A stretch of 64,000 nt of DNA from Tetramitus jugosus (lineage: Eukaryota > Protista > Heterolobosea), in NCBI GenBank assembly GCA_937625935.1, contig OW569348.1:248001-312000 (forward strand), written 5' to 3'. The position numbers and the translations under genes are program-made. Positions within the stretch are counted from its first letter, which is position 1; each line of letters opens with the position of its first letter. Positions 41,001 to 54,433 of the stretch are shown one piece after another. A model generated the notes under the pieces. It saw only the letters and a list, made by a program, of their open reading frames with translations. It had not been told where the DNA came from and did no database searches.

Positions 41001-42563
41001 TAACCAATGCTAATCCCTGCTTTTGTTCCAAAGTTGAATTCTTCTTTGTCTTGTGGAATGTATAGTTCATGAAACAGTACTGCGCGTTTCGGTATCCCTT
41101 CAATACTTTTAAGATGATAAAACTTCGTGCGTCAATGATCATAATTCGACCTAGCTTATCCGATGTCACAATCAATCGACCTGATACATCCAATTGCAAA
41201 CTTGAAATTTCTCGCCGAGAGTCATCGATTGTATGATCACGCACCGTTTGCAACAATGGCTGTGTTTTCTTTGGTGTCTTCTGTTCCTGCTTTTCGGCGA
41301 CTTCACTTCCCCATAGCAAGCTCTTTGTGAACGAAAAGATGGCAGAGGAAGCCTTACTTGCATACTTTGTAGCCATTTTCGAAACGGATACTGATCCTTC
41401 CACACCAACATCTTGAGAGTAGCTGGCAAGCATGGGGTTCGTTCCGCACACCAACAAGTGAAATGTCGCTTTTGACTTAAACATGTCAAACCCTGATTGT
41501 TCCATCGTATCTGTAATAATATTATGCCATATCATAAGCAAGATCTGTGTTAGTTATCGACATGATCACACTCAAGAATAACCTTAACCATAAAATCACA
41601 GTTAACAGTTAACAGTGACAGTGAATACATACGACAACAAACAACATCATTCACCAAGCTCTGATTCTTAATTTCACACTTTTGATAATTCATATAGACT
41701 TGATTTTCGTCCTCTTCACCATCGCTAAAATCATTGTCATCATGATCATGACCATCATCATTATTATTCGCGCGATAGTGACTATAGTTATTGTTGTTGA
41801 GTGTCATTCGATCCAACACACTTCTCAAAAAAGAGCAAAATGATCTCAATTCCAACCGAACAACAATATTGGCAAACATGATCAACAATGACTCCATTTG
41901 TTGCTCTGGTAGACCACTGAAATGAGCAATGGATTGATGCTTAATCTTTTTGATGGGTGCAGAGTGCAGCCATTGTCTCATGACGAGCACACCATTGTCA
42001 TTAAACACGTGGAGATAGCCCTCGGATGAACCAATGCACAGCAAGTGACAAAAAGAATCCTTACCACTACTGTTACTGTTACTACTATTGTTACTGTTAC
42101 TTTGTGGTGACGATGGTGATGGTGATGATGACAATGAAGATGACTTGTGTCGAGGAAAACTGAGCCAAAACATGCTGTTTGTCAATGTTTCACCAGTGAG
42201 TAATCGATCAGTGATGGGAACTAGAATGGGACTATGCATGACTCTATTAGATGGCAATGATGATGAAGATGGTAGTGATGATGGAGATAGATTGGCAATG
42301 AACAAACTGTGATTCTTGAGTATGGATATGCGTTGACAAGAGTGACTAATGGCAATTTGTGTTGGATCATTTGTGAGCCAATTGGAACTCAATTCAAAAG
42401 TATGACTGTTGTCATTATCATGATTGTTGTTGTACTTTAGTTGTGTTTCAATGTGTGTCAGTGGAAGCTTGAGAAGGGGAGTGAGTTCATATGGACATGG
42501 TGGAGTGATGATTTGTTGTTGTGGTGATTGTTGTTTACTTGTCGAATGGTGATGATCATCCAT
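38071..42563 (-). CDS. RAB3GAP2: Rab3 GAP non-catalytic subunit; exons 42563-41633 and 41510-38071
   Basis: IGSSEGYLHVF…Q-x-LH, DSRRE…TSDKLGRIMIID…KGYRNAQ, LVIYSPLRGLLEYW. Intron 41511-41632 restores the frame. Confidence 0.85.
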
Positions 42564-42697
42564 TTTCGGTGTGTTTTGATGTGTGTTTGTGATCTGACTT
42601 TTTTTCTGTTTCTTGGTCCTCCGAACTCAGAATGAATACAACATACAAAATAATGAAGCATACAACAGGAGCCATGAAATCATGACAATTGATAAGT

Positions 42698-43174
42698 TTA
42701 TTGATTCTTCTTAGTCTCTGCTGATTCAACAGTTGTTTCTGCAGTGTCCTTATTGGTGTTCACCGTTGTTGCTGGTTGCTGCTCTGCGTGAGAGCTTGTT
42801 GTTGTCGTTGTTGTTGCTTCTTTCTCTCCAGACAGAATGACAGCGATACCAATGGACATGAGAATAGTTCCCATGGACCACTGTATGCCCAACCGTTCTC
42901 CGAACAAAAAGTGACCAAACACCGCCGTAAACAAGAAATTGGCGCAAGAGTTTACAATGGTGGCGGCTGTGGTGGACAGGTGGCGCATCGATCTCGTGTA
43001 CATGCCAATCATGAGCACAGTGCACACCAAGTTGGCAATCAGAAAAACACCTCTCCAAACAGGAGCAAAATTTGATGATTGAGTCATGAGCTTTCCAAAC
43101 ACGGAGCTACAGGATGCAAAAATACCTGCGGTCAAAGCTTGTTGAATACCTGTTGCGAGTGATCGTTGAACCAT
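42698..43174 (-). CDS. TMEM42-like small DMT/EamA membrane protein
   Basis: AGIFASCSSVFGKL, ATIVNSCANFLFTAVFGHFLFGE, W-x-x-G; four hydrophobic helices. Confidence 0.75.
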   Translation of the reverse strand: MVQRSLATGIQQALTAGIFASCSSVFGKLMTQSSNFAPVWRGVFLIANLVCTVLMIGMYTRSMRHLSTTAATIVNSCANFLFTAVFGHFLFGERLGIQWSMGTILMSIGIAVILSGEKEATTTTTTSSHAEQQPATTVNTNKDTAETTVESAETKKNQ

Positions 43175-43272
43175 TATTGATTTGTTGTTGTGAATATTTG
43201 AGGAATGCACAGGTTTGTGTGTTGGGTTTTTTTGTTTGTTTAACTTTATCTGGGTTTTGTGGAGTTCTCTTG

Positions 43273-44782
43273 CTACAGGAGAAGACTCTGAAGTTTAGAT
43301 AGATCAAGTTTCATGGAAGCAAGGGCAGATTTGAGAATGGTCTCTTTGTACGCTGCCTCCTGATTCTGAACGGGCTTCTCATCTTCTTCTTCCTCCTCAC
43401 TCTCCGAATAGAGATCAGGTGAATAGTTTGGCGTGTATCTGCGTATGAACTCTTGTGAACAAGGTTCATAACTCTGAGCGATTGACTTGTCCTCTCTGAG
43501 TTTCTTTCGTGTTAGATAACCTCGAAATATCCGCTGTATCGTAATAGCATGTCGGTCATAGGGTATGTATTCATCGAATAGTGTGGGAGGCCGACTGGTT
43601 TTCGGTTCATACGACCGAGTAACTCGGTTAGATGGAGAGGATCTTGGAGAGTTAAATACGAGGTATGATTTCCGTATGAAGATTGGTGATGACACTTCTG
43701 GTCCACTTTTTACTGTCAACCTGACCCTTCCTTGATTGGTTCCTTGTGAAGGAGGACGAGGAACAAAGGTCTTCTTTGGTTCGATTTCTATGGAATGATC
43801 TAGTTCTTGTGTAGGTAGGTCCTTGTCAATACTCCGGGTGCTGTTCATTGACCGAAACGTTGAAGAGCCAGATGCCGTTCGATTAAAAATTGGAGGCATT
43901 TTGAATGATGAGGAACTGATAGTTCTCTCACTCTCGGTTGATCGTCGTTCAAATTTTTTCATCGCCTTTTGGCAGCTATGAATCATTGCTAATGTTGTTG
44001 GGTGGTCGTCACCCAGTTGTTGTTGTGCTGTCGTGACTGCTTTCATATAGTAGTCTCGACTCTTATCATATTGCCGTAGAAACTCAAACTCTACAGCCAC
44101 ATTGTGCAGAGCAACAGGTAAGGTGTCTGGTGATGGGCAATTGTAGGTTGGTTGATTCAGAAGCCTTATCGCTTTTTGCCCATACTCCAACGCCTGATTG
44201 TGTTGTTTCATCTGCGACAGTATGACGCACATATTCATCATTGTTGTAGCAGGATCGCTGGAGCTCGTCTGATTATCGGATGCTTCAATGTTCAAGGCCA
44301 AATCAAAATATTGTAGAGCCTTCTTAAGTTGTCCACTCTTCCGATAATAGCAACCATAGTTATTCCAAGTTGTGGCCTTTAACTGCTGCCTGATACGTTC
44401 ATCCACTATACACAGAGACGAACTACTCTCCACATTTAATGTACAATACTTCTCGGTTCTTGTTAAATACTGCAGACAATCCTCTAACTGGTCGAGTTGT
44501 AAAAAGTTCATTGCGATTCGGTTACACCTGTTCCCATAGTCTCTCAACAGTTGTTGGATTTGTTCTGATCGATATTCTGAGCTCTGTGCAACAGACAAAG
44601 CTCTTTCCAAGTACTTTATACTCTCAATTTCATCGCCCTATTCAACACGCGATTTCGCATCGAAGAGTGAGCAAGAGCACAGCATGACACACATGTCGAG
44701 AATCACTTACATTTGCGAGAAACTTGTTGGAGATGTTGTGTAGTATGGAAAAGCTCACATTTTGTTGGTTTCCATCATTCAT
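43273..44782 (-). CDS. TPR-repeat plus IQ-motif protein; exons 44782-44711 and 44637-43273
   Basis: TWNNYGCYYRKSGQLKKALQYF, ALHNVAVEFEFL (TPR), AITIQRIFRGYLTRK (IQ); GTAAGT…ATAG intron. Confidence 0.8.
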
Positions 44783-44961
44783 GGGTCCATATAGTACAAT
44801 CAATGACAAAGAAGGCCTGTGGCTGGTTGTGGATGATCGCGAAATTTTCTGTAAAACGAAGAAAACGCTTCTCTCCACACCAACTACAGAATTCCTTTCA
44901 ATTTTATTGTGTGATATAGGTGTGATAGTCGTCTTACTATCCTAGATACGAATGTTTAACT

Positions 44962-46032
44962 CTAATTGTCTTGACGCTCCATAGCTTCCCGTTCCTGTTG
45001 AACCTTCTTCTCCAACAGTGCCAAATGATCGTTCCACGAGGCATCGTCCTGTCTTGGAACCAATCCTGTTGTTGCACTGATCACCTTCTCCATGTAGGTC
45101 CAGAAATCAATATAGTCCAAGAATGGATTCAACCAACCAGTAGTGATGCAATAAGAGCAATCAAATGGTGACTTGTGATGTTCATTGTGACTCTTTCTGC
45201 TCAGAATAATGTGATAATCCTGGAGCAAGCTTACGACATAGGGCACCTTGTACATGTGAGCCCACTTGTGGAATTGGTTGGTCAATGCACCAAAAATGCC
45301 CAAAAAGGTCCACATGAACATTGAAAAGAGCTGTAAGCTTGTCAGTTCTTGATGTGCACTGCCAGTGATAATGGTCAACAAATTGGTGTTGCTACAGCTC
45401 AAGTGAGGAGCCAAACAGAACAGAATAGAAATCAAGCAATTGTCTCCATTGGTTTCAATTGCATCGTGCTTGGTCATGGCAGCAGGATCCACGTGATGCT
45501 CTCTAAAGGATCGAATAAATGTTCCAACCTACAACACAACACATTCAAAATAACAAAAATAGTGTTAGCTCAAAGCAACAACAACAACCCAAAGCAACAA
45601 CCATAAAAAAAGAAGCTTCCAAAAAGTAAAAAAAATAATACAACATACAATTGGCCATTGAACTGTTCCCCATGTATCAGCGGCCCAATGAACCACACCC
45701 GAGATAAAATCAGCAATCAACATGCCACAAGCACTGGCTGACACAATCGTCAATGCATTTCTCAGATTTAAATATGGTGAAATGAGATAAAAATTGATCA
45801 AGAGCAAGGATGAAAAAATGGTGACACATGCAATCTCCATGTTTCTCTTGCCTTGTGTGTATCCAGATGCCAAAATTTGCTTCTTTTTTTGTTTGGCCGA
45901 GATGAATTCGTTGAGGAATGGAGGTGCTGTTGTGGCATTGGAAGAGGCTTCTGTTGTTGTTGGTGTGGAGGAAGAACAAGTGGTTTTTGTAAATGTTGAT
46001 ATCGTATTATTATTATTATTTTGTGCTCTCAT
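44962..46032 (-). CDS. PEDS1: Plasmanylethanolamine desaturase PEDS1/TMEM189 (CarF/FAD4 family); intron 45529-45648
   Basis: DFISGVVHWAADTWG, FREHHVDP, ETNGDN, TNQFHKWAH, HNEHH, YCITTGWLN. Confidence 0.93.
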
Positions 46033-46435
46033 GATTATGGTTGGTTGTATGATTGTATCATCCAATATATGGTTAGAATTCTGTGGGGTTTGATCAAGAG
46101 GATAGAGCGGATAGATGAGAGGGACGACAAACAGGATCTTTTGTTGTTTGTTGTTTTCGATATCGCCGCAGTTTGTTGCCAGGAAAAAGAATCAATTCTC
46201 CTACTCATCGATTACCCGCAACAGGAATAGTCAAGCAGAGATCCTTTTGCGTGCGTAACAGTTGTGAAATAGATGGATGATAGGTATCGAATCTACAACA
46301 AGTTGAACCAAGGAAGGACGAGGACAACACTTGCGCGTGCGACAAGGAACGTGGTTTTTGCGGGGGCATCAATAAGATTTTCGTGGTTCACTCTCGTATC
46401 GTATACACTGGGCAACTCAAAAAAATTTTACAGGT

Positions 46436-47251
46436 TTAGTTTGGTCTGTAGATCTTGGTGTAGCCAAGGTACTTGCTAAAGTAGTCCAAAGATCTGACTT
46501 GAACACCAGTTCTTGGGTTTTCAGCATTGACAACTTGGTTGTTACCAAGGTAGAGACCAACGTGACCAGATCTCCACAAGATGTCACCAACTTGCAAGTC
46601 GTGGACTTGGTGAGTTCTACCAGGGTAAGCACCAGTGCTGGTTGCACCAATGTCCTTTCCAGCAGCCTTGTAGGCTCTGTAGACAAGACTGGAGCAATCG
46701 AAGCATCTGCCCATTCTTTCAGCTTGGCTGTAGCATGAACCAGCCTGGGATCTTGCCCAGTTGGCAGCAGCGTGACCAGCAGAGTTCATAGAGTCGGACT
46801 CTTCTTCGAATCTGATTGGGACTGCAGGAATGCAGACAGCAGCGCACATCATTCCCTTCTTGCAGTTGTTCAAGCAAGACAATTCAGAGTCGGTCAAAGC
46901 TTCAGTTCCCTTGAACTTCTTTGCCAATTCGTGAACCTTGGACTTGACGTTCTTGTACTTGTTGGAGAAGTCTTCCTTGATGGAAGCACCAATCTTCTTG
47001 AACAATTCAGCAAACTCTGCGTCAGCTTCAGCTTCAGTAGTTGGAGCAGCCTTCTTGGAAGCAGGCTTATTCTTCTTCTTCTTCAACTGTTGGCAAGATT
47101 CTTGGCAGACGGTTTGGAAGCAGACCTTGAAGTTGTCGGATTGACGGCACTTGGTCACACACTTGGAGCATGCCTTGGCAGTAGGTTGAGCATTGATGAT
47201 GGCAAGGAGAGCCAACAAGCAAGCAACGAGAATGACAATCTTCTTAATCAT
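46436..47251 (-). CDS. Secreted modular protein with C-terminal NlpC/P60 peptidoglycan-hydrolase domain
   Basis: Signal peptide MIKKIVILVACLLALLAIINA from ATG 47251; FDCSSLV (Cys), GDIL, GHVGLY (His); strong highly-expressed codon bias. Confidence 0.9.
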   Translation of the reverse strand: MIKKIVILVACLLALLAIINAQPTAKACSKCVTKCRQSDNFKVCFQTVCQESCQQLKKKKNKPASKKAAPTTEAEADAEFAELFKKIGASIKEDFSNKYKNVKSKVHELAKKFKGTEALTDSELSCLNNCKKGMMCAAVCIPAVPIRFEEESDSMNSAGHAAANWARSQAGSCYSQAERMGRCFDCSSLVYRAYKAAGKDIGATSTGAYPGRTHQVHDLQVGDILWRSGHVGLYLGNNQVVNAENPRTGVQVRSLDYFSKYLGYTKIYRPN

Positions 47252-47509
47252 TGTTGTAATACAGAGGATGGATGTGTTTTGGTTTTTTTGGGGTTTGATG
47301 TTTTGAGAGAAGAGGACGCTGCGAGAGAGCTCTCTTGAAGCTGCCCTTGTTTGCTGAATTGAGCGGTCCAACATCGCTCCCCCCCCACCTTCTATGTGCG
47401 GTGAGGCGACGTGTCCAAGATTTTTTCGGATGACAGGAGAGGAGGCGGGCTTGCAATTTATTTCAGCGCCAGTCCAGCTACAAGAAAACGGAACGAGGCG
47501 CCGAGAAAA

Positions 47510-49542
<2,033 letters not shown>

Positions 49543-49580
49543 GAAAAATAATAGTTTATGTAAAATACAATAGCTTCACA

Positions 49581-51827
49581 TTACAAATCGACCTCCATCA
49601 CTTCGTGAGTCAGGGTTTCATTCGAGTTATCCTTGAGGAGACGTCTTTGTGTGGTAGCATCATCAAGTGGGAAATCCTTGTTGGTCTTTGGATTTAATTT
49701 GATGGCATAATCCAAAATGTTGTCGACATAGTTGCCCTTGCTCAAACCAATTGGAGCATCGAGAACAAAGTCAGGAATTTCAAAGGCATCGACAAGACTG
49801 ACAGCATGCTCTCTCATATCCTCACACAACTGTTCGACAAGGGTTCCAATAGCCTTGGCTTTGTTTCTCTTGATGAGATCCAAGAAATCACCAATATTGT
49901 TCTTCATGCAGCTCAATGCATACAAATCACAAGTCATCTTCAGAATGGAATGAATTTCAGGATCATTCTCGTGCTGTTCTACAGTCTTTACAAATTCTTC
50001 CAGAGTGAACTGCTCAATGTATGCTCTTCCCAATCGTACCATCTTTGGAATGCACTCGTTCCATGCTTGGAACACACCCAATCTCTTCTTATTGCTTTGA
50101 ATCTCAGAGGCAATTGTTTGAAGCAACTTTGCAGTTCTATATTCGAATGCTTGCAGTTGAAAATCTGGATTTCTCAAGTGTTTCTTTGTAGAGATTCGAG
50201 TAATGACTGGATTACGATCTCTGACCAATACACCCATCTGCTTACGGATATACTTGATTCCATCAGTCAACAATTGACCCTTGAATTGTTGAGAGAATCT
50301 CTTGAGCAAGAATCCGCCCAACTGTTGAATCAAGACAGTGTTATCACCCTCAAATGTCTGATAAATGTCATGATCATTTCTCAGTTGACCAAATCTGTTG
50401 TAGGCAGTGTAACCGTGACCTCCGCAGCACTCTCTCATGGTTTGCAAATACTTTTGAGTGTCCCAGGTGAAAACAGCCTTCATTCCAGCCGTCAACGCAT
50501 GAACCTCACTCAACTCTTCATCTGTCGCATGTGCCGAATGAATGTGAGCAAACTTTTTAACAACTTCTCTCTTGGCAAACTCACCGGCATAACAACTGGC
50601 CAAAATGGGCATCAGTCTCGTCTGGTGCGACCTATAGTCCAGAATAGGGATTTCAGTGTTGGAGTTTGGAGGTCCAAATTGGCGTCTGTTGGCAGCATAT
50701 CTCACCGCAATCACCACACCAGTCTTTCTAATGTTGAGACTGCCCATGCACAGACTCATTCTTCCAGTGATCAACTCTCCCAACACTGCTGCAAACCTTC
50801 TTCCTTCACTCTTAATCTCCGACACATAGGTTCCATCTGGCTTGACATCACCGAATCGATTCAACAGATTGACACGTGGCACTCGAACATTGTTAAACTT
50901 TAGGAATCCATTGTCTACGCCGTGGAGACCCACCTTGTCACCACAATCACCAATCGTCACACCAGGCATTGGCTTGTGAGTGTCCATGTCACGAATTGGG
51001 ACAAGAATCGCATGAATACCATAGTCCTTGCCCTGTGTGATCAATCGACCAAACACTGTACACATCTTTCCAGTCAGTGCTGCATTGCCCAACCACCACT
51101 TGATGGCTCCATCATGCGGAGTATTCACAATAAACTCCTCTGTCGTTGGATCGTAGGTAATGGTGGTTTCTAGGCGTCGAACATTGCTTCCATGATGCAA
51201 CTCTGTCATGCCGAAACAACCTGGTAGTTTCAATGTTTCAACATCTGCCAAATACTTGTCATGATGCACTCGCGTACCCAGATTGAGAATGGAACCACCA
51301 AACAAAATCATTTGAACACCCAGTTTGACACCAGTACTCGGTTCCATCATTGACACAGTCTCCATTCGATTGAGCATTCGAATTGGGTCACGTTTCAAAT
51401 CAGCAATATGAAAATCACCGTCTTCCAACAAGATTTTGGCCATTCGTTCCACTGCGAGACGAGCTTCCTCTTTGGGCATGTTGTACAGACGAGTTTGAAC
51501 GTTGGGACGATCCATGACTCTCATGTAACTAATTTTTTCGGCGCGGGACAAGTCTTTTCCTCTGAGAATCTCTGACATTTTGTCCACGTTGAACGATGGA
51601 GAGTGATTTTGAGTTTTGGAGTCATATTTTTTGAGAATGGATGGTGGAGGGAGTTGGTAGGTGGATGATCCTGCAACAGATGATGATGATGATGATGCAT
51701 TGGTATGATTAGGGTTCAATAAGCTTGTTGACTGCGGTTGTTCATGTTGTTGATTGTGAGGAGGGGAAATGTGATTGAGGTGGACTTGAAGTCTTCGATT
51801 GGCACAAGAAGAAGAAGAATTGTCCAT
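49581..51827 (-). CDS. Peroxisomal acyl-CoA oxidase with N-terminal PTS2
   Basis: GCFGMTELHHGSNV, KWWLG, GVDNG, RECCGGHGY, TFEGDNTVL; PTS2 RLQVHLNHI. Confidence 0.95.
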   Translation of the reverse strand: MDNSSSSCANRRLQVHLNHISPPHNQQHEQPQSTSLLNPNHTNASSSSSSVAGSSTYQLPPPSILKKYDSKTQNHSPSFNVDKMSEILRGKDLSRAEKISYMRVMDRPNVQTRLYNMPKEEARLAVERMAKILLEDGDFHIADLKRDPIRMLNRMETVSMMEPSTGVKLGVQMILFGGSILNLGTRVHHDKYLADVETLKLPGCFGMTELHHGSNVRRLETTITYDPTTEEFIVNTPHDGAIKWWLGNAALTGKMCTVFGRLITQGKDYGIHAILVPIRDMDTHKPMPGVTIGDCGDKVGLHGVDNGFLKFNNVRVPRVNLLNRFGDVKPDGTYVSEIKSEGRRFAAVLGELITGRMSLCMGSLNIRKTGVVIAVRYAANRRQFGPPNSNTEIPILDYRSHQTRLMPILASCYAGEFAKREVVKKFAHIHSAHATDEELSEVHALTAGMKAVFTWDTQKYLQTMRECCGGHGYTAYNRFGQLRNDHDIYQTFEGDNTVLIQQLGGFLLKRFSQQFKGQLLTDGIKYIRKQMGVLVRDRNPVITRISTKKHLRNPDFQLQAFEYRTAKLLQTIASEIQSNKKRLGVFQAWNECIPKMVRLGRAYIEQFTLEEFVKTVEQHENDPEIHSILKMTCDLYALSCMKNNIGDFLDLIKRNKAKAIGTLVEQLCEDMREHAVSLVDAFEIPDFVLDAPIGLSKGNYVDNILDYAIKLNPKTNKDFPLDDATTQRRLLKDNSNETLTHEVMEVDL

Positions 51828-52152
51828 TTTATTGTTGTATGTATTGTTGTATTTTGTACAGATTGGTTTTCACTTTGTTTTTTTGGAGTTGGTTTTTTTG
51901 AGTGTTTTGTTTTTGGTTCGAGTGGAGGATTGTTTTTAGCTCTTGTAGACCGTGAAGCTGCAATGGCTTTGGGAGAATTAGGATGTTTTCAAGTGGAGAA
52001 TTCGAAACAATTTTCCTGAGGGTGGTGATTGAGTTTTTCCTGCTGAGAAGAGTTTGATGGGTGAAGCTCATTCTGATATGGTGTTGGGATTGCCCACAAG
52101 AAGTTGTTGATCCGATTTCGCAACTACAGGCTGTGGACAGTCAGCTACTGGC

Positions 52153-52224
52153 GAGTCACTGACTCATTGGGATAGAGCAGGTGAACCAGGAGAGCTCTGG
52201 CAGTTCGAGTCGTCAGTGTTTTTT
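52153..52224 (+). ncRNA. tRNA-like or Pol III-type small RNA candidate, or tRNA pseudogene
   Basis: A-box-like TGACTCATTGG (52160-52170), B-box GTTCGAGTC (52203-52211), terminal stem CACTGAC/GTCAGTG and T6 at 52219-52224. No proper anticodon arm. Confidence 0.4.
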
Positions 52225-52972
52225 CATGAACCTGTCGGCCGGCAATGAACCGGCTGTGGGTGAAGTGGAGTTGGTTTAAGCTAAGTTTATCAGGAACCAA
52301 TGAAGAGAGATGAACAAATAAGAACCTCCTCAGTTCACCTGAGATTTGTTGGTTCTTCTAAGTGCCTCTACAAGTGTTTAACATTGTGTTCGAGCTAAAA
52401 GTGGTTCAAAAGAATCGAGGATTGATGATTTTCTGTCTGTATTGAACAGTAATATCCGGCAACCGTTGATTGACGGAATCAATTGAATTTATATCTCCAA
52501 GAAATTACGAGCCGAGCTGAATGGTAGTTGCTCAAGATGGGCACTTACCGAGGATTTTCCTATTCGTTGGTTGATCTCGGTCATTCCATCAATGGGATCC
52601 ACCAACAAAACTGTGAACAGATTCTCGAACCCTGTAAATCACCATTGTCCACATGCGGAGAAACAAACCGATTTGGCATATTTTACCAAACATATCTTGG
52701 AAGGACAAAGAGTGGGCCCTGTGGATCCTCTTGTGGTATTCCAAGACAACGATGACTGTGGTTAATCCTCAACACACACCACCAAAAACCAACAAACATG
52801 AAAGAAGTATCTGCCACCTCAACTAAAAATTGGTCATGTTTTTGTGCAACGGTCAATAATTTTGTCTCTTGCCTAGGGACAGCACAACTGAAGTAAGGAC
52901 TCAACTGACAAATCAGCAAAGATATCCCAACTATCACAACACAAGCACCCAAGATGGAACTTTTCTTCTCGT

Positions 52973-53764
52973 TTATTTCGAGGTACATGCTGCCTGGCTC
53001 GGTCGATAAACGGCATCCATTCCTAGTGTGTCTTGCACTGACTCGTCTAACGCTCGATACATCTCTTGAAGGTTATTCAGTGTCGTTATCATCTCTGGTG
53101 TTGGGCTGAGGAGAGACAAGTTTTGCTGTTGGTTTATCATCATTAGTGATTGAGAGTCATCTTTTGTAGTCGTCACTTTGGTTGATGCTTCGCTAATGAT
53201 GATTTTAGAAGTCTGCATATTGCTCAAGAGGTCATGTTCATGATTGTTCATTCGATGACCAATAGAAGTGATGGTGTTGCTTGTTGAGAGGGTGACCATA
53301 GCAACTGCATGAGGCAAGGAGGGGTGTGTGCGATGTCGCGTATCGCTCACTTGCTGCAAAAGGCGATTCTTGTTGTCCTGAGGAAGTCCTTTCCCTGATT
53401 GGCTCACTGATTTGGGTTTTGTGAAACTACGGTTGGTGCTTGTCGGCGTCAACTTCCAGTGACTAAACTGACCGACACTTTGAATTGGAGCGAAAAGTTT
53501 GTCGCTTGTGGTGATCATTGTAGTTGCATGATGCGATAATTCTTGTTGTTGATAGTTTGCTCTGTTGTATGGTTCATTGGTCGAAGGCTTTCTTTCTCTG
53601 TGCGTGTCATAAGGACATCGGTTGGACGAGGAATACTGCGTACAAGTGTGCTGACAACTATTTTCATAGTTGATGTGACTAAACACCCAACCAGTCGGCG
53701 TTTTTGTGCGCAATGAAGGTTGTCTCTTCCTTGTCGTTACATTTAGGCTGCCATTATTGCTCAT
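52973..53764 (-). CDS. Hypothetical disordered S/T/Q/N-rich protein
   Basis: 263-aa ATG-initiated ORF with no recognisable domain. Confidence 0.45.
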   Translation of the reverse strand: MSNNGSLNVTTRKRQPSLRTKTPTGWVFSHINYENSCQHTCTQYSSSNRCPYDTHRERKPSTNEPYNRANYQQQELSHHATTMITTSDKLFAPIQSVGQFSHWKLTPTSTNRSFTKPKSVSQSGKGLPQDNKNRLLQQVSDTRHRTHPSLPHAVAMVTLSTSNTITSIGHRMNNHEHDLLSNMQTSKIIISEASTKVTTTKDDSQSLMMINQQQNLSLLSPTPEMITTLNNLQEMYRALDESVQDTLGMDAVYRPSQAACTSK

Positions 53765-54433
53765 TCCAAGTGGACTTTGAATCTAATGAGAAATGTGTTA
53801 ACAAACGAAACTACGATGATCTAGATCTTAGAGAGTGGTATGTGTTATTATTTATGTGTTTGTGCATTGTGATTGAATAGGATCAGAGAGGATGATTCAT
53901 TTAATGTAGGCAAAAGCTGTGGAGCAAAACATACTTGTGTCGTGTTGGCTTGTGTGTAGAGACGATTGAAGCAAAGACAGAGTGATGCTGAAGGAGGCAC
54001 AACAGAGGGTTCGTTCAACTATTAACTGGTTGGTATAGTGTTCTTTCTTTGGACAAAGAGCAAGAGTGCAACAACAAGAGCGTGCATGTTGGCTTGGTTC
54101 TAACACACCACCGGTCCATAAAAGGTAAGAGTACCTGAAACGGCGGGAACAAGGAGATTTAGATCCTGCATGAAACAGCACTGTATTGGCCAGTTAGTAG
54201 CTGAACGAACCGTCTAATTTTTGGATGCCGCAAACTTCGTTGTGTCCGTTCACAAAAAAGGTTCTTTCAGAGCACTTTTGGTTGCCGAAACCAAAGGAAG
54301 ATACTGCCCGACCAAGAGTTCGAGGAGAAGTCATTATGGTTTAGTCAATCATTTCAACGAAGCATTTATGTTGAACCCCCAAAAATCCTCATTGCTGCAC
54401 GTTTTTTTGTGTGAAACCTTTGTTTTGTCCTTT

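Noticed and set aside
49806-50903. 365-aa ORF antisense to acyl-CoA oxidase, and similar shadows over RPL11, vWA and NlpC/P60
   Set aside because: Codon-bias artefacts fully overlapping well-supported genes.
52237-52262. GGCCGGC…CCGGCTG resembling HDV ribozyme P1
   Set aside because: No room for the P2/P3/P1.1 elements; only a simple hairpin.
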